Shown: piece after piece, positions 1 through 13,840 of the stretch
How positions within the stretch are numbered: the stretch's first letter is position 1
Layout: each line of letters opens with the position of its first letter
DNA from: Auanema rhodensis
Lineage: Eukaryota > Animalia > Nematoda
Direction of reading: 5' to 3'
Assembly (NCBI GenBank): GCA_964057225.1
Contig: OZ059897.1
Coordinates: 5,642,001-5,706,000 of the forward strand
Length of the DNA stretch: 64,000 nucleotides
The notes under the pieces: generated by a model
Seen by the model: the letters and a program-made list of their open reading frames with translations, nothing else
Told to the model about the DNA's origin: nothing
Databases searched by the model: none
Position numbers and translations under genes: made by a program

Positions 1-390
1 TAAATAAAATTATTTTTTGATCTCTTGTGTTATCAGTTATTTACATTTGAAGGAAGACAATGATATCATATTCTTATCATTCATAAGCGAAAACTTATAC
101 TTCGACAAGCGTTCATGACATGACAACATGGCTTTTGTTGTTAATAACATTCATCTTTCACTTCCACATCTATATTTCGTTAAGAATAATATAGACACGA
201 GATCTATCTTGATGTTATCCAAACAGGACCGTCTCGGTCTCACTTTCTTCCTCTTTGTCCATCTTTATCTGTGGAACACATACAGAAGTAATATAATAGT
301 AGAGACAGAAAACCAAACCGACTATATATATCTCGAGATGCAGATATGGAATTGACTCTCTAGTACCTCTTCCAGTTTTCGAACACAATC

Positions 391-1521
391 ATGATTCGAC
401 TTTTCTTTGTACTGATATTAGCTCAGGTAGGTGTACGACATCAACAATTTCTTGGGTCTATCACCAGATCAAGATCCAATTCTCAACATTTTAGCGAAAA
501 ATTCGAAATTATGCTCATTATCAAGCTTGTCGTGGTGCAATCAAACTCATTTTTTTTTATTTTTTCTGAGAATAAATCGGAATCAACTTTCGATCTCTCG
601 TTGCAGCACTAGTCAGAGTCAAAGCTTTAACTGATTCAATTATTTTTTTAAAGAAAAATGTAAAATCTGTATAAGAAAAAGCCGAATATTCAATTTTCTA
701 GAAAGCACTGTCTTTCCAAGTTACACATATCTCTGAATGTGGAACTACACGTGGATGCTGGATGTTACCACCTGGATGCACAGGGTCGGACACTTGCTCT
801 GTCATGATCACCTGGAAACATGAGGGCAGATCACTTAAAATTGAAATGGAGGTATTAATTTTAAAAATAATTCTTACCTGAATAAGCACTTCAGAGCGAG
901 TTGAAAGAAAGTGACAAAGGCCGATGGATCGCCTTAGGCTTATCTAAGGATACTAGAATGGTGCAAAGTTTTATAATTTTAGATAGTAACAGAAACCAAT
1001 ATTTAGGGTAATGATACTGTTCTTGAATGTTATTATCCATCAGAAGGCCAAGGATCAGTTCATCTCTCTCATAATGCTCAAACTAACAATATTGTACTTC
1101 CAAAGGTGATTGGATAATATATTGCTCCTTCTACATGAGAGGTTTCAGGCCACCAGCCTTCTTGTCAAGGATAGTTATGCCGAAGTAAATGATGGACGCG
1201 CACTTTGTGGAGCTGAGTTATTGCTTGATAAAACTATTGTAATGGATAGCGAAAAGAAAATGGTAAGCCATGGTATGAAGTTACAATAGAAGCTCCTAAT
1301 TTTAAGATTCATGCCATTAGTCAAGGAAAGTATCACCTTTTCTTCGCAACTGGAGCCCTTTCTGCAGGTATACAGTTTGTGAAATAACTTCGAAATTCTA
1401 TTTCTATACAGAAGGTAAGAAGAAGGCTCATGCTATGGCTGGATCTGGATCTCCATGGAAATCTCGTGATTCTATTAGATTCTGTAAGGAATGCAGTTCA
1501 GCTTTTAAAATTGCTCAATAA
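391..1521 (+). CDS. Secreted DOMON-domain protein (multi-exon)
   Basis: Splicing 391-426 to 702 gives signal peptide MIRLFFVLILAQKALSF, then CGTTRGCWMLPPGC...RWIALGLSKDTRMGNDTVLEC...YHLFFATG...KKAHA, which is the DOMON pattern (WIALGLS.D..M; C-terminal His). Stop TAA at 1519-1521. Confidence 0.8.
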
Positions 1522-1812
1522 ATCGAAAAATTCATAAAGAATTTAATATTTCTGACAGTAATGACTTCAAACACCGTAAACAGGGTTAATACAAAAATTA
1601 TGCTTAGAATATTGACAGTATAGTGATTTAGCCAAACTGGGCAGTATAAAGAAAACGTTAGGTAAGGACCAGAATTTGAATTATGTAAGTTCATAATTCT
1701 CTTTTTTAAAATACATATATCCAAAATTATGAGGCAAGATAAATTAAAGAAAAAAAAGTTAGTAAATAGGTCTGAAATTGGTAAAACATGATAATCATTC
1801 CCCCCGGATATC

Positions 1813-3675
1813 TTACAAATCTCTTGTTCTCTGATTCCAAATGCTGGATACCGAAGGTGGAACCGTAGGCTTAGCGATGTGATTGAAAACAGAAGTATTA
1901 ATCTGAAATATATTTTAAAACAAATCATCAAGATTTCAGTTTTACCTGCGTTCTTGGCAAAGTCATCCGCAAAACTTTTTCTCCGTCTTCCGTCATAGTT
2001 CCATATATGTTAAGATATTGAATATGGCCGCAGGCCCTAAAGAGAGAATACGATAAAAATTAGTAAAAATTAGAAATATTTAAATATTTAAAACACTCAT
2101 ACATGAAATTAATAGGATCAATTCCGTAACAACGAGAAAGGGTTAATACTTCTATTTCTTCCAAACTAAGAATAGCTTCAAGTGCAAGGTCGCCGAGAGA
2201 TATATTATCTGACAAATCACATTCAATAATATGCGGACAATTCCGACATAAATTTTCGACATCTAGATTAATCATAAAATGCTTTGCAATAATAAGCTGG
2301 CATACCTATATCTGAGATGCCATTACGGTCCTGGGTTCCTGCCAAATTAATATGGGTAACAGATGGGGGGATTCTGCGGCAAAGCAAAGAAGTACAATTA
2401 CGATCCAGTCCACACCATGACATATTCAAACTACGCAGGCTGGAATAGTTGTCGAATAAAAAAAATGATGATAAAATGTCAAAGCAATGCAACAATATAT
2501 AACTTTTTATTATTTTAACTTACTTGAGACATCCACGAACAATTGCTTCAATGCCTTCCGTTTCAATACCAGAAACCATTGATAAATCCAAATGCTCCAT
2601 ATAAGGGTTATTCCCAATTGCTCTGCATACTTCGCCTTCTTCATCCAGTTCTTGACTTTCCAAACACAGAGCCTAAAAAAACTTTGCTATAATCATAAAA
2701 GAAGAACGTATTACCCTTAATTTTGTACACGCCTTCAAAATATTAACTAATAATGTCTTGTTTGGAAAGGAAGCTCGACCAAGATCTAGATGAGTTAAAT
2801 GCAGCATTAAGGGACCATTCCGAGCATCATGAAAAATAGGACTTCCTTTAATAGGACTTGTAATCTAAAATCCGGAAATGATAACAAAAAAAAATTGACA
2901 GCACTCAACCATTGTTTCGGCTAAACGGGCAACTTTCGTTTTTCTTCTCAATAAAGTGATTAATAAATTTTGAGGTATTGAGCGCTGGTACAAATCAATT
3001 CTATACCAATTCGTAGCTGTCATACTTGAAAACGATAACATCAAATTAATTATTATAAAGAAATCTACCCGGCTAAATAAAAGCGGCTACACGCACACAT
3101 GGCATTTACCAAGTCTTTTTTGTTTAAGTAAGCAAAAATAAGATGTAAAATATGAGTAGGAATATTGAAAACAGAAAAATAATCTGAAAATAATAGCTTA
3201 GATTGTAACCAGCTTAAACCTTACCTATCTTGGGTTCAGTGCTGACTCTCCTTCTATATTTGTAAATTCCAGGAGTACGAGCAGATGTAATAATATCTGG
3301 CTTCTGCCTAATACTAAAATTCATCATAACAAATGAAAAAATAAATAAAACAACTTATCAGATAAGTCCATGGAACGATTAGGACTATCTTCACCGAAAT
3401 CAGACAAACGTTTGCGTCCCTTATTAGGCGACATTGTATTTTTATCTATATATTAATAAAAAATATTGAAAATTAAGTAAAGAGGAAACCTAAATTGGTT
3501 AGCTCTTTTCTACAGGACTTCAAGGCTGGAATATTTTCATTATCTTGATCTAAAAATTGACACAGCTCATTAAACAAACATATTTATTTATGAACATACC
3601 TAACAATTCACTAAATGAATGTTCAACATCAGCTTCTCTAGAAGTAGAAGGATTGTGGGGAATATCAACCTCCAT
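1813..3675 (-). CDS. skpt-1: F-box/LRR protein, SKP2-like (multi-exon)
   Basis: F-box (IPTHILHLIFAYLNKKDLVNAMCACSRFY), then LRRs (LRSLNMSWC, VTHINLAG, CPHIIECDLSDN, LTLSRCYGI) and a SKP2-like tail FNHIAKPT..SIWNQRT. ATG at 3675 follows a TTTTTTAG acceptor-like site. Confidence 0.85.
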
Positions 3676-3728
3676 GTTCTAAAAAAATTCACAAAAAAAA
3701 AGTTTGTCTCACATTATTTCAAAAAGAA

Positions 3729-3765
3729 CGATTGGCGCGCATTGAAATTATGGCCCGCCCACATA
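3729..3765. promoter_or_regulatory. CCAAT + E2F/CDE-like + CHR-like + GC-box cluster upstream of skpt-1
   Basis: GATTGGCGCGCATTGAAATTATGGCCCGCCCAC lies 55-90 bp upstream of the skpt-1 ATG in otherwise very AT-rich DNA. Confidence 0.45.
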
Positions 3766-4053
3766 ACCATGCAGCGGTGTGATTATGAACGAAGCCAGTC
3801 GGTTGGATGTCAAGCAAAAGACATCAAAGGAGTACTACCGAGAATATATACGTATATGTAGTATGTTTCTAAACGCTACTTCTTGTGCTTAGTTCCTGCC
3901 CATTATTTTACCCTATATTGAATTTCATTTTATATTAGTTCGGTATAATAATTGGGAATAAAACAAAGGATGACACAATTCTTCATTAATAAGATCATAA
4001 ATAAGTTGCACAAAACGAAGACGAAGATGCAAACAAAATAAATACTGAGATAA

Positions 4054-4909
4054 TTAATCCATTCGTCCCTTAAGAGTGCTGATATTCAACTAAAAAACAA
4101 AGGATTGATGAAGCGGATTAATTCGGCAAAAATACCTTATCTTTAGTAATGGTATAAATTACAACTCCCCAACCGGAAGCAGCATCACGTTCCAAGCAGG
4201 AAAGCATTGCTTGTGCAGTAGCTTCAAAAAGTTCTTCACTGTTCATATTTTCCTTCCAGAAACCTATCAAAATATAATTTAAATTTAAAATGGAAGCGAT
4301 ACTCACTTTCACAAACTCCTAAAAGGTATTCTTGCCCAGTTCCAACAGCAACGAAATCTCGAGGAGAGGCGATACAGCCAATGGTATCCATAGCACAAAT
4401 GTATGGTTTGTTGGTCACAGGGTCCAAGCCAGCAACAAGTGGCTCCGTGAAGAAAGGACCGAATCTATGTTGATAGCACAAGTTCGAAATCATGGTGGCG
4501 AGAACCTGTATTAAAATAAGAAAAGGATATTGATAATAAAGATTACCTCAGGCTTGACTTTTCTGTTCTCCTTTAGTTCATATAAGCTTTTACGGAAAGA
4601 AATTTTATCTAAGACAGTCTTAGCATCAGTATTAAAGCCAGCTAAGCCAACAAATACTTTCTCTCCAATCTTATGAATCTAAATCAAAAGGTTCAGAAGA
4701 TGAGCCATATAGAAATCTTCAAAAATACAATACCTTTTTTTGGTCAACAGCAACTGTAGTCATCTGTTCTCCAATTCTTAAGTCGGAAGCAATGCAGATA
4801 CATCTTAAAAAAATTAAAGATGCCTGCTTTGCGTATCAAATTGGGTTAAAACTTACTCATCTCCGGCCATAGCCAGGATGGTACCTCCATGATAGCTCAT
4901 AATACTCAT
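4054..4909 (-). CDS. pbs-3: Proteasome subunit beta type-3
   Basis: MSIMSYHGGTILAMAG..CICIASDLRIG, RFGPFFTEPLVAGLDP, CLERDAASGWGVVIYTITKDK, C-terminus STLKGRMD*. Confidence 0.95.
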
Positions 4910-5112
4910 GATGACTAAATATAAAAGATTCTAATAAATATTCAGAAGAATAATAAAAAAGATAATGTTTCGAGTTAACAACCAGTGGCACATGTAAAGT
5001 ATATCAACATCTAACTTATATAATAGTTATTAACAACATATCCCGTATCAACAGAAAAATATAGTGAATTTTGAATGTCCTAGTAAAAGAAAAATGATGA
5101 GAATATGAGATA

Positions 5113-5162
5113 GGAGACGCAGACACGAGGCGCATTCGCTGTGGAGCGCGTTTGTCGCAGCC
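5113..5162. promoter_or_regulatory. CpG-rich promoter-like block between ulp-2 and pbs-3
   Basis: GAGACGCAGACACGAGGCGCATTCGCTGTGGAGCGCGTTTGTCGCAGCC, an isolated CpG-dense patch ~200 bp upstream of the pbs-3 ATG. Confidence 0.4.
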
Positions 5163-5324
5163 AAAATAATCAAAATTTTAAAAAATAGAAAAAAAACAAT
5201 GGAAAACATGGAACGGACAAAATAATACACATAAACACTAGGATATAATATATAATTATAATATTCTTAAAAATCTGATAAACTTGAGAATTTGATAATC
5301 TACTGGCAAGAAGATAAAACACGT

Positions 5325-8300
5325 TTACTTCTTCGATACAGTTATGCCAGCAGGAGGAGGGTAATTCTTTGGATCAGGAGGCTCAGATGGGCATCTAGAT
5401 TTATAATTTGGATGACTCTCCTTTTCAAAATATCCAGTAATAGAATGCCGACGTGGCCTTCTTGCTTCTGAAATTTTAGTGATTGCTTATTTTGATAATA
5501 TTAGTACTAACCATCAACTAATCCTTCTAAAGTCTGTACAGTTGCTCCACGGCCTTGTGATTTTTCGTAGTTTTTCAAAGATTCCATTTTCTGAAAATAT
5601 CTCCTTAGACAATGAAGCCATATCTCAAGACTTACTTCTGATCCCGCTAGCTTTGAAATAAATCGTACTATCTTTTCTCTCATATATTTCATTTTGACAT
5701 TGAAGTGAGGATACCATACCTTCCAACTGCCATCAGGATTACTCAATGTCTTAAAAATGCAAATGATATATTTAAAAATATAGAAATCACTTCATAAGAT
5801 AACGGCTTAGTCAAAAATTCTTCAACAAAGCCCAATAGGAAAAGGCCACAATCTATATAATTTTGCTGTCTCGGTAATCCATGAGGATGTATTGGTCCTA
5901 GTTCAGTTCTAATGAAGTTTCCTGGTATCGTTTTCTTGTCTTCAAGCTCACATTCCAAATAATCTCTAAGTATATCTACTACGCATTGTCTGAAATTGAT
6001 TACGATAAAAGGCAAAAATTAATTAAATACACCTCTTTATATCACTAGAGTCACGAAGTGAATCTAATACCAAGATATGAGTTGCGGGATTTTTTACACT
6101 GGAACCTCTTTTCCTAGCTGTTGGTTCTGGTTCCACATCAGTTTTAACAGCTAATGCTGGTTTTATTATAATGATAACATACCTTAAGAAGCAATTATTA
6201 ACTAGCGAAAATATTTTAAATCGACTGACCAATGCATATCATCATTTATTGGAACAATAATATAATCTTTCTGGAAAATATTAGCCTTTTTGGTCCACGA
6301 TTTGACAAACTTATAATTGTTTCGAATCTTAATAGAAAATACAGTATTTAATATGAAAGGTAATATATCATACCCAATTGAACCTATGTGCAGCAGCACG
6401 ATCGGATTTTCCTAGAACATTTGGTGGTTGACGATCCGTTAACTTTTGGTAGAAGAAAGTGTTGAACACATGAATTTTCGATGCACTAAAGTCATATATA
6501 TAAGTGTACACGTTGCAATATCTTACTCGGTTTTCTTCAGAAGACGATGAATAACATATTTCATATAAAATTCTACAATCGTGTCATTGAGCATTTCTCC
6601 ATGAGCCAAAACTCGAAAATCATCAAATTGAACTGGATATTAAATAATTGTTTGTTAATTCCAGAGTAAAAATACCTTCAACAAAATTGGCCCCCATTGG
6701 AGGAAAACGAACTAATGGTGTATCACCACTGAGTTTCACCTTTTTCTCCGGTGGCTCAGCTTGAGAACATTCAGCTTTCGGTGAGTTTGAAGTCTTCAAG
6801 ATGTTAAAGGTGAATAACTGTTCTCCAAAATATTCTCACCGGTTGCTCTTCACCTTCGTCATCACTAAGACTGATGGTTTCCACTTTCCTACGTGATTGA
6901 CGTCTTGTAGTAAGCACCTCTCCGATTGAAGTACTAACGTTAGTAATAACAGCTCTACCCGGAGTATCAACGTGCTTCTAAAGATATACATACTGAAATT
7001 AACTAGAACCATTCCTAATAAACCTTCTCGGATATAAATTTGGTTGCTCTCTGTAAAAATCATTTGTTTGAAAATATAGCTATAATTATCTTACCGCTCC
7101 ATTTTCGGTGTACGCGACAGGTTCCCCAACCTCCTGGAAGAAAACGGTAAAAATGAAAGTAGACTTTAATCAAACCTGAAGTAGTCTTGAATGACTAGTA
7201 CCTGCGAATCGCACAAAATGCAAATTGTTTGCAGCACTAGATCTGGAATGCAATATTATAAAGGTTTTATCAATACTTTTACTCACATTACAGCATGTCT
7301 AAATTGCTCCACATGAGATGCACCATTATCTGGGCCTTCTATTACTATATGCTTTTTAAAGGTAGTACCTTTTGATGAGTAGTCATCCATCATATAGTCA
7401 CTCATGGAATGTTCAGTGCTACGATCGAAGAAAGCATTTTCATCGTGTTGAGATCCCTGGAAAAAAATATAGAAAGATGCTGGATTACATGAAGATATTA
7501 CATCCATACTGTAGGATCCTTGTTCTAATCGCCTATGATCTCTCCGTCTTAGGTCTTCCTTGGAATGCGAAATCACTTCTGAAAATAATAGATTAAGTTG
7601 AAAACAGTTAAATATGCTAACTAGGAATGGGTAGTTCGAAAACGTAATTGGCCCCGGTCTGAGAATTATATGGAATCAGTTTCAGTCTATTACGATCAAG
7701 GTACTTCGCAAAGCCTTCTTCTGTACACATTTCTGATAAAACTACTATTATGATATAATTCATTTGTAACACTTGTACCGAACACATTTCCATTCGAGTT
7801 GTTCAAGCCACGTTTGTTGTCCGCTGACCGGCTTTTGATAACCTTAAAAAATTTCATTTTTATCATTTTCTATGATCATGATAATACCCAATCAAAACGT
7901 TTCGCCAAGTCAGAAAACGGGAAATATCGAACAGTTTCATCTAGCAAATTTCCTTGAAAATAATTGTCGATATCTTCATATGGCTCCAGAACAAACATGA
8001 ATTTGCTGAAACTTTTGAAGATTTTATGAAAATATTTGGGAGCAAAACAACTTCAAATTTTCTTGAAAAGATCGTTTTGTGTAACCACTCATTTTTTCTT
8101 GAATCATTTCCCCAGTTCCTAAACTCTTGCACAGTTTTGAAGTACATTTCTCCTCCACAAGTATTATTAAAGCTCCACTCATCCCATTATCAAGATCAGG
8201 TGGGACAAGCTGAAGCAGATGAATACTAGACTAATCCTTTAATACAAAGCACATACCGTAAAGCTTGCGATTTGAGGAAAACTAATAAGCAATTCACGTC

Positions 8301-8611
8301 TGATGTTCTCAATAACATGATTATAATTAAACATAACTGCACCTTTCAGAGTTCCTTTCTAAACCAACATATTTTACAAAAACTAAAATTTTTCTTATCA
8401 TACAACATATTTGAATTGGAGATAGCCATCAATTTCAACTTCTTGAGGTCCATGGAAAGCTTGTCGACATTTTACCTTCAAAAAATCAATCAGAATTGCT
8501 TAGCTAAGATAAACTTGCCTTGAACGGGTCGTTCACTAGGTCTTTCTCGAACTTAGGTTTACCTATTGAGCTTGCCGGAGAGTGGGAAGTGTCGGGTTGA
8601 ATAACCCCCAT
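5325..8611 (-). CDS. ulp-2: SUMO protease, C48 family, SENP6/7-like (multi-exon)
   Basis: MLNDTIVEFY, IHVFNTFFYQKL, WTKKANIFQKDYIIVPIN..MHW, ILVLDSL, PRQQNYIDCGLFLL (His/Asp/Cys triad). Adjacent to pbs-3, as I recall for C. elegans ulp-2. The first intron (8476-8518) needs a GC donor. Confidence 0.85.
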
Positions 8612-9142
8612 AACAAATAGCTTAAAATAAAAAAGTATTGTGAAAAATAAGACAATTAAGAAGAATACGAAATAACAACTACGAGAAGACTGTTCGAATA
8701 TGTATAAACTAATTAGTTCAACTTCAAAAACTCTAACCAACTATTCGAAACCATTTTTGAGAACAATGCGAAGTTTATAAATAGATCTATAATCATTATT
8801 ATATTTAGATGGGTTTCGATTTGAAGAAGAGAACAAGTTGGCTTTACCAGGTTATATTTAAATTAGGATATACAGGACGCGTTACGTACATTGACTATTA
8901 TTGCGTATTTTGCTTTGATATCTGTTGAGGAAATCTTTACTTGTGTAGTGTCCTTGATAAAACGTAGCATTGGTTATTCGTTATTCATTATTTAAATGAA
9001 GTAAACTTTTTGAAAAGTTAATTAAATTTTTGTTTTCAATTATATGGAAAATATCGATCATATGTCTATTGTTTCTTGATTTCTTCCAGGCCCAGTGTGC
9101 CAGAAAAACTTATCGAATTTTGTTTTATTAGAAATCTATTAT

Positions 9143-12029
9143 TTACACTAAAAAGTTTTTTGGATTTATCGATGATCTTCTTCGTGTAGCTGGATTCAAT
9201 ATTGATAGATGTATTGTTTCATCGTTATGTTGAATGCTAAGTCTTTGTGCAAATCCATGGTTTCTAAAATAAATTGTCCATGTTACTAATAACCGACCGG
9301 AACTCTAATATTTCCATTAATCAAAGTTTACCTATGTGCCGTACTAGCTCTACGTCCAGCTAAGCTAGTTATTATTTCTCCAGAAGCTTCTGTATCGGTT
9401 CTTTGTAGCATTGACCCTGCAGCTATAGAGCGCCTAAACAAAGATTTGATCTTGTATCTTATTGTCATTTTCTAACCTTGGGCCTAGCACTGGCGGAGCA
9501 AGACTATTTGGTATAGCTGAATCTCTTCTTATAATCTAAAATAAAATGAAAATTTATTTCCAAATTTGATCTTACTATTCTGCTTTCTCTTCTTCCTGGC
9601 ACAATTGAATACCGTTGAGACATGCGAGGTGCATGAGCTGGTTCTTCCGTGACATTCGTCTTACATATGTTTCATGAATAATACATTTTAATTGGTATGT
9701 ACCTGTTCTTCAACTTGTTCGTTTTCGATAATCATCACGTTCTGTTGCTGTTCATTTTCTGCTTCCTCGAAAAGAACTCTAACCAATTGCTGCTGCCGTT
9801 CTGTATTCACTGTTCCCCATACCGATTTGAACAAATATATGAATATTTCTAGTAGAGTGACCTAAAAATGTATGTTGAAAAAAGTGATTTTTTTTAATAT
9901 TTGAATGCAACCAAACTGTGAGAATCAAAATATGAGTTAAATACAGGGTTTGTAGATGTAGATTTGGAGATTAACTTACCGTACTCATTCCTAGGAAAAG
10001 ACCCATGCTTCCAGCAATATTTGATAGCAGATCTGCAGTTTGTAACTGTTTCTGTTGCTCGTGATGATCATACGAAATTGTTCGGAAGAACAGCCATAGT
10101 GATATGATGGAATTTCTTGAAATTAAAATATTAATAATAAATAATAGTATTCTATTACGAACTCGACGTAATCTTCAGACTTGTCTGTGTATTTTTTAAC
10201 CAATCTTTGCGATAATTTCGAGTAGCTGTATTCTACATTGTACTCCATAACTTCACATTCCTTATCGCAAGTGCAAGCAGTATTTATTTCTAAAGATTGT
10301 AACTAAATTAAAAATGAAAGGAATTGTTTCTATACCTCCAATCTTTTTCGCACATTTCTCTAATTCCAATGGAGCACATATATTATCTGATGAGTTGATA
10401 TATAAGCTCATAGGAATACATTGACATAAGTTCAAGTAATGTTGGACTTGACAGTTCCATTCACAATGACTAGCTGTATACTGTAATCACTATTTCTTAA
10501 AATATCCTAATGATTGTCATACGTTCTGCGGCAAAAGAATATCCCCATGTAAAGCTTTATCCCAATCAGTTTGGCAAGTTCCCCAGTCTCCACGTTTTAA
10601 AAAAGTAATCTATAACATCACTATGTAATGATTATAACTAATAGGATTATTTAGTGTATAATACAACTTAATTTGAAAACTAACATTGTTTGTTTCAATG
10701 GAGGCGTAGACTGAAGATCCAGAACGTGCATCAAATCCTTGAGCTCGTAAAAAAGTTTCTTTATTATTCTCATAAATGAGTATGTGGGCTCCATTATCAG
10801 CAAAAGTCGTAGGATATGAATCTAATACCATGATACATATCAATGTTCTGAGTTTTAGAAGCAAACCTGGCTTAAAATAACTATTTGCATCTATAATAAA
10901 ATGATAACCATGCTCTTTACCAACAAAATATTGTCGACGGTTTAATTTGTTTCCCGGAAATCTGAAGTTATGTGTGTAATAATTGAATAATTTTAAAATA
11001 TTTTTACCTGATGCAGTACCCTAAATCGGTATGAACTCTTACTGCATCCTCACAATAATTATCAATGTGCATTCCATTGAAAGAACATGAGATAACCATG
11101 TCAGTACAAGTTGGGCTATAATCACAAGATTAACAACATAGAAGATTTGAGATAAATTTTCTTACCCAACATCTTCTAAAAAGAGTTGAAGACTAAATTC
11201 TTTTGAATTAGTTTCGTTATAAGTTTTCAAGTATTGATTGAGATCATTTTCATATTTTGACGATTCTTCTTTTGTTAAAGTACTGTATGATGAATAGGAA
11301 TGTAAAAGATATCCAGCTAATTCGTGAGAAATATTCCAATCTGAAAATTAAAAAAATTGAATATGAAAATATGAAAATTAAGTTCACATCACAGCTTCGC
11401 ACCACCGGTTGTTTATAATTTTAGTGTGAAAATTAAAATAAAGTGTACGCGTCGCGTCTAAGACGTGAAACGTGTAAAATTAGCATAAAGATATGATAAA
11501 CTCGTAAACGAACTTGGAAGTTTAGATGCAATAATTGGATTATAAGTACATATAGTAATATCGGGGAATTCCATTCCTTCTTTAGGGGCTATTGTATCAA
11601 TTTGAAAAAGTGTTGGTTTAGAATGATAACTGAGTAATAAATATCCACACTTAAAAACAATAAAATTAGGGTTATTCTTCTTAATTATACAACTTAAAAC
11701 TTACATGAATCATAAATAAAGAGAGACAACATAATACAACAACGCACCAGAATATTCTTGATGGCCAAGTATTTGAGTTATATATACGAACAAGTCCGTG
11801 GTAAGTTGTAAGACTTGAAAATTCCTAAATAAATAAACAATTTATTTGGAAATTATGTGGAAATTATGTGAAAAATGATAAAACATTTAATATTATATCC
11901 AAACATCTATTATCTGACTTTAGTTTCATAGTCGTACAGCTTAAGATAGATGCGTTGCTCCAGTCCTAAAGCAGAATCAGGATCGGCTTCATCATCGTCG
12001 ATCTTAATTGATCCTTGATTTGAGTACAT
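9143..12029 (-). CDS. del-10: DEG/ENaC sodium channel subunit, del-10-like (multi-exon)
   Basis: EFSSLTTYHGLVRIYNSNTWPSRIFW (HG motif), FPDITIC, Cys-rich ectodomain, pre-TM2/TM2 QQKQLQTADLLSNIAGSMGLFLGMSTVTLLEIFIYLFKSVWGTVN. The family call is firm; the symbol comes from recalled similarity. Confidence 0.85.
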
Positions 12030-12888
12030 ATCTTACAGGATTACTCGTTAAACTTTAACAAAAAATATTAAATTGATATAATAAAAAAAACGAAGTGGAT
12101 ATTTAAAAAAGAAATTAATAGTAGTTGTAGCTTAATTGTTTTTATTTAATTATAAAAATCCTTGTTTGGAATGTAAGAAAGACATAAAAGGAAACATGAT
12201 GAATATAATCAATAGTATGTTACCTCTTATCTATTACATACAATCACTAGAGTTTTAGCTTCTGCATTTCATTTTACCATGATAAAACTATGATCCTTGT
12301 GATCTGGGCAGAAGCAGATCTTCACATACATAATTATCTAAAACTCTTTAATAGTATTGAAATTTAAAAATTTAAAAAGAATTAATAAAGAAAACTTTGA
12401 AATATTCAATATTCTTCTTTATCTTTAAGATTTTTGAGCTATTAACAAACTATAAATGTTTTTGATTTCGTCGACATGCTAATAATTTTCATTCTTCTTG
12501 TATCGTGAATTCCGAAATTCTTCAAATATTTTAAAATATATATTGTTATTATGTTTAATATTCTTATAATATATAATAATATAAGAACTATATGTATATA
12601 CATATATCTACCTATCATTTAAACTGAATGTTTGTTTAATACAAAGTAAAAAGAGATGCTATGCTTTGAACAAAGCCATCTGCACTGAATCTTCTTTCAT
12701 TTGTTCAAATAGGATTCATGTTAAGTTATTAAACAATCGTTTATGTATTCAGATGGAAAAGGGTGGAGATTGATGAAACAATTTTGATATGACCTAATGA
12801 GACTTTGAATTATTTTATTATTTTATCGGACTGTAGTGCGCTTGCTGACCCTGAAAAAGAAATTCAGTACTCGTTTTACCTAAAGAAG

Positions 12889-13623
12889 ATGAGAGTTTTA
12901 CTTCTAATTACATTTATTCCCATCATATTTTGTGGTACAGCCTTTGATGAATTACAAAATAGATATGTAACTCTTTCAATGGAGCTTGTAACAATATTCA
13001 AAAATCGCCCTGAAGTTACTGAAGCAGAACTTCATTCGGTAAGAAATTTTCTGTAATCTTCATGTATTTTAATTTTAGATAGCGAAAGCTGCCATTTTAG
13101 AAAACGATTTTAGTAAGAAACAGTTCAAGTTATTGGAAGAATTTGCTGAAAAAAAAGGAGCCGAGTTCCAAACGGCATTCAGTGAATCCTTCCTTGCACC
13201 TAGGTACACCATTCCTTCATTTTCATATAAATTAGGTTTTCAGACTTGAAAATCATGTATTAAACAGAATAAACTCTGTTCTTGGATATTACTTAACCAA
13301 AAAACAGATTGAGAAGGCATGTTTAAATCTTAGTTAATTCATCTAATGTGTTGAATTGAAGTTTCGAACTGTGGTTCTTGACCATCTTGGAAAAGGGCAT
13401 TCAAAGGAAGAAATTGTGAACAATATTAAGGCTAATATCGCTGAAGTAAGCTCATTCTATATATTCATGACTAAGCAATTATTTACAGGAACTGGGTAGT
13501 CAAAACGCAAGTAAAGCTGTGGATTTGGTTATGAAAGATTTGAAAATTCTTCACAAAATGTATTCAGATTTGATTGAGAAGCTCGATCAGCCTTTGGGCC
13601 ATTTTCTCAAAGACGAACTTTAA
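12889..13623 (+). CDS. Small helical protein with signal peptide and C-terminal KDEL (5 exons), family unassigned
   Basis: MRVLLLITFIPIIFCG signal peptide. The exons join in frame (intron 13317-13361 needs a GC donor) and end ...LGHFLKDEL* (TAA 13621-13623). Confidence 0.75.
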
Positions 13624-13840
13624 GCAAAAAATTGAATTTGTATTTGCTTGATATGTGTATATGTGGATATTTAACTCAGCAATTATTGTTCTTTCTAATT
13701 ATAAATAAAATATTATAAAACATTATAGTTAAGATAGTATGAATATAGACAGATATTCCTAAAGTTCGTGTATGTCCCCGAGCAACGTTCGTGTCATGAC
13801 ACCTTACTTCGCACTTCATTCGTATTAATTAAATCTAAAT

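Noticed and set aside
1-390. Coding exons upstream of the DOMON gene
   Set aside because: No consistent frame, splice pattern or recognisable motif on either strand.
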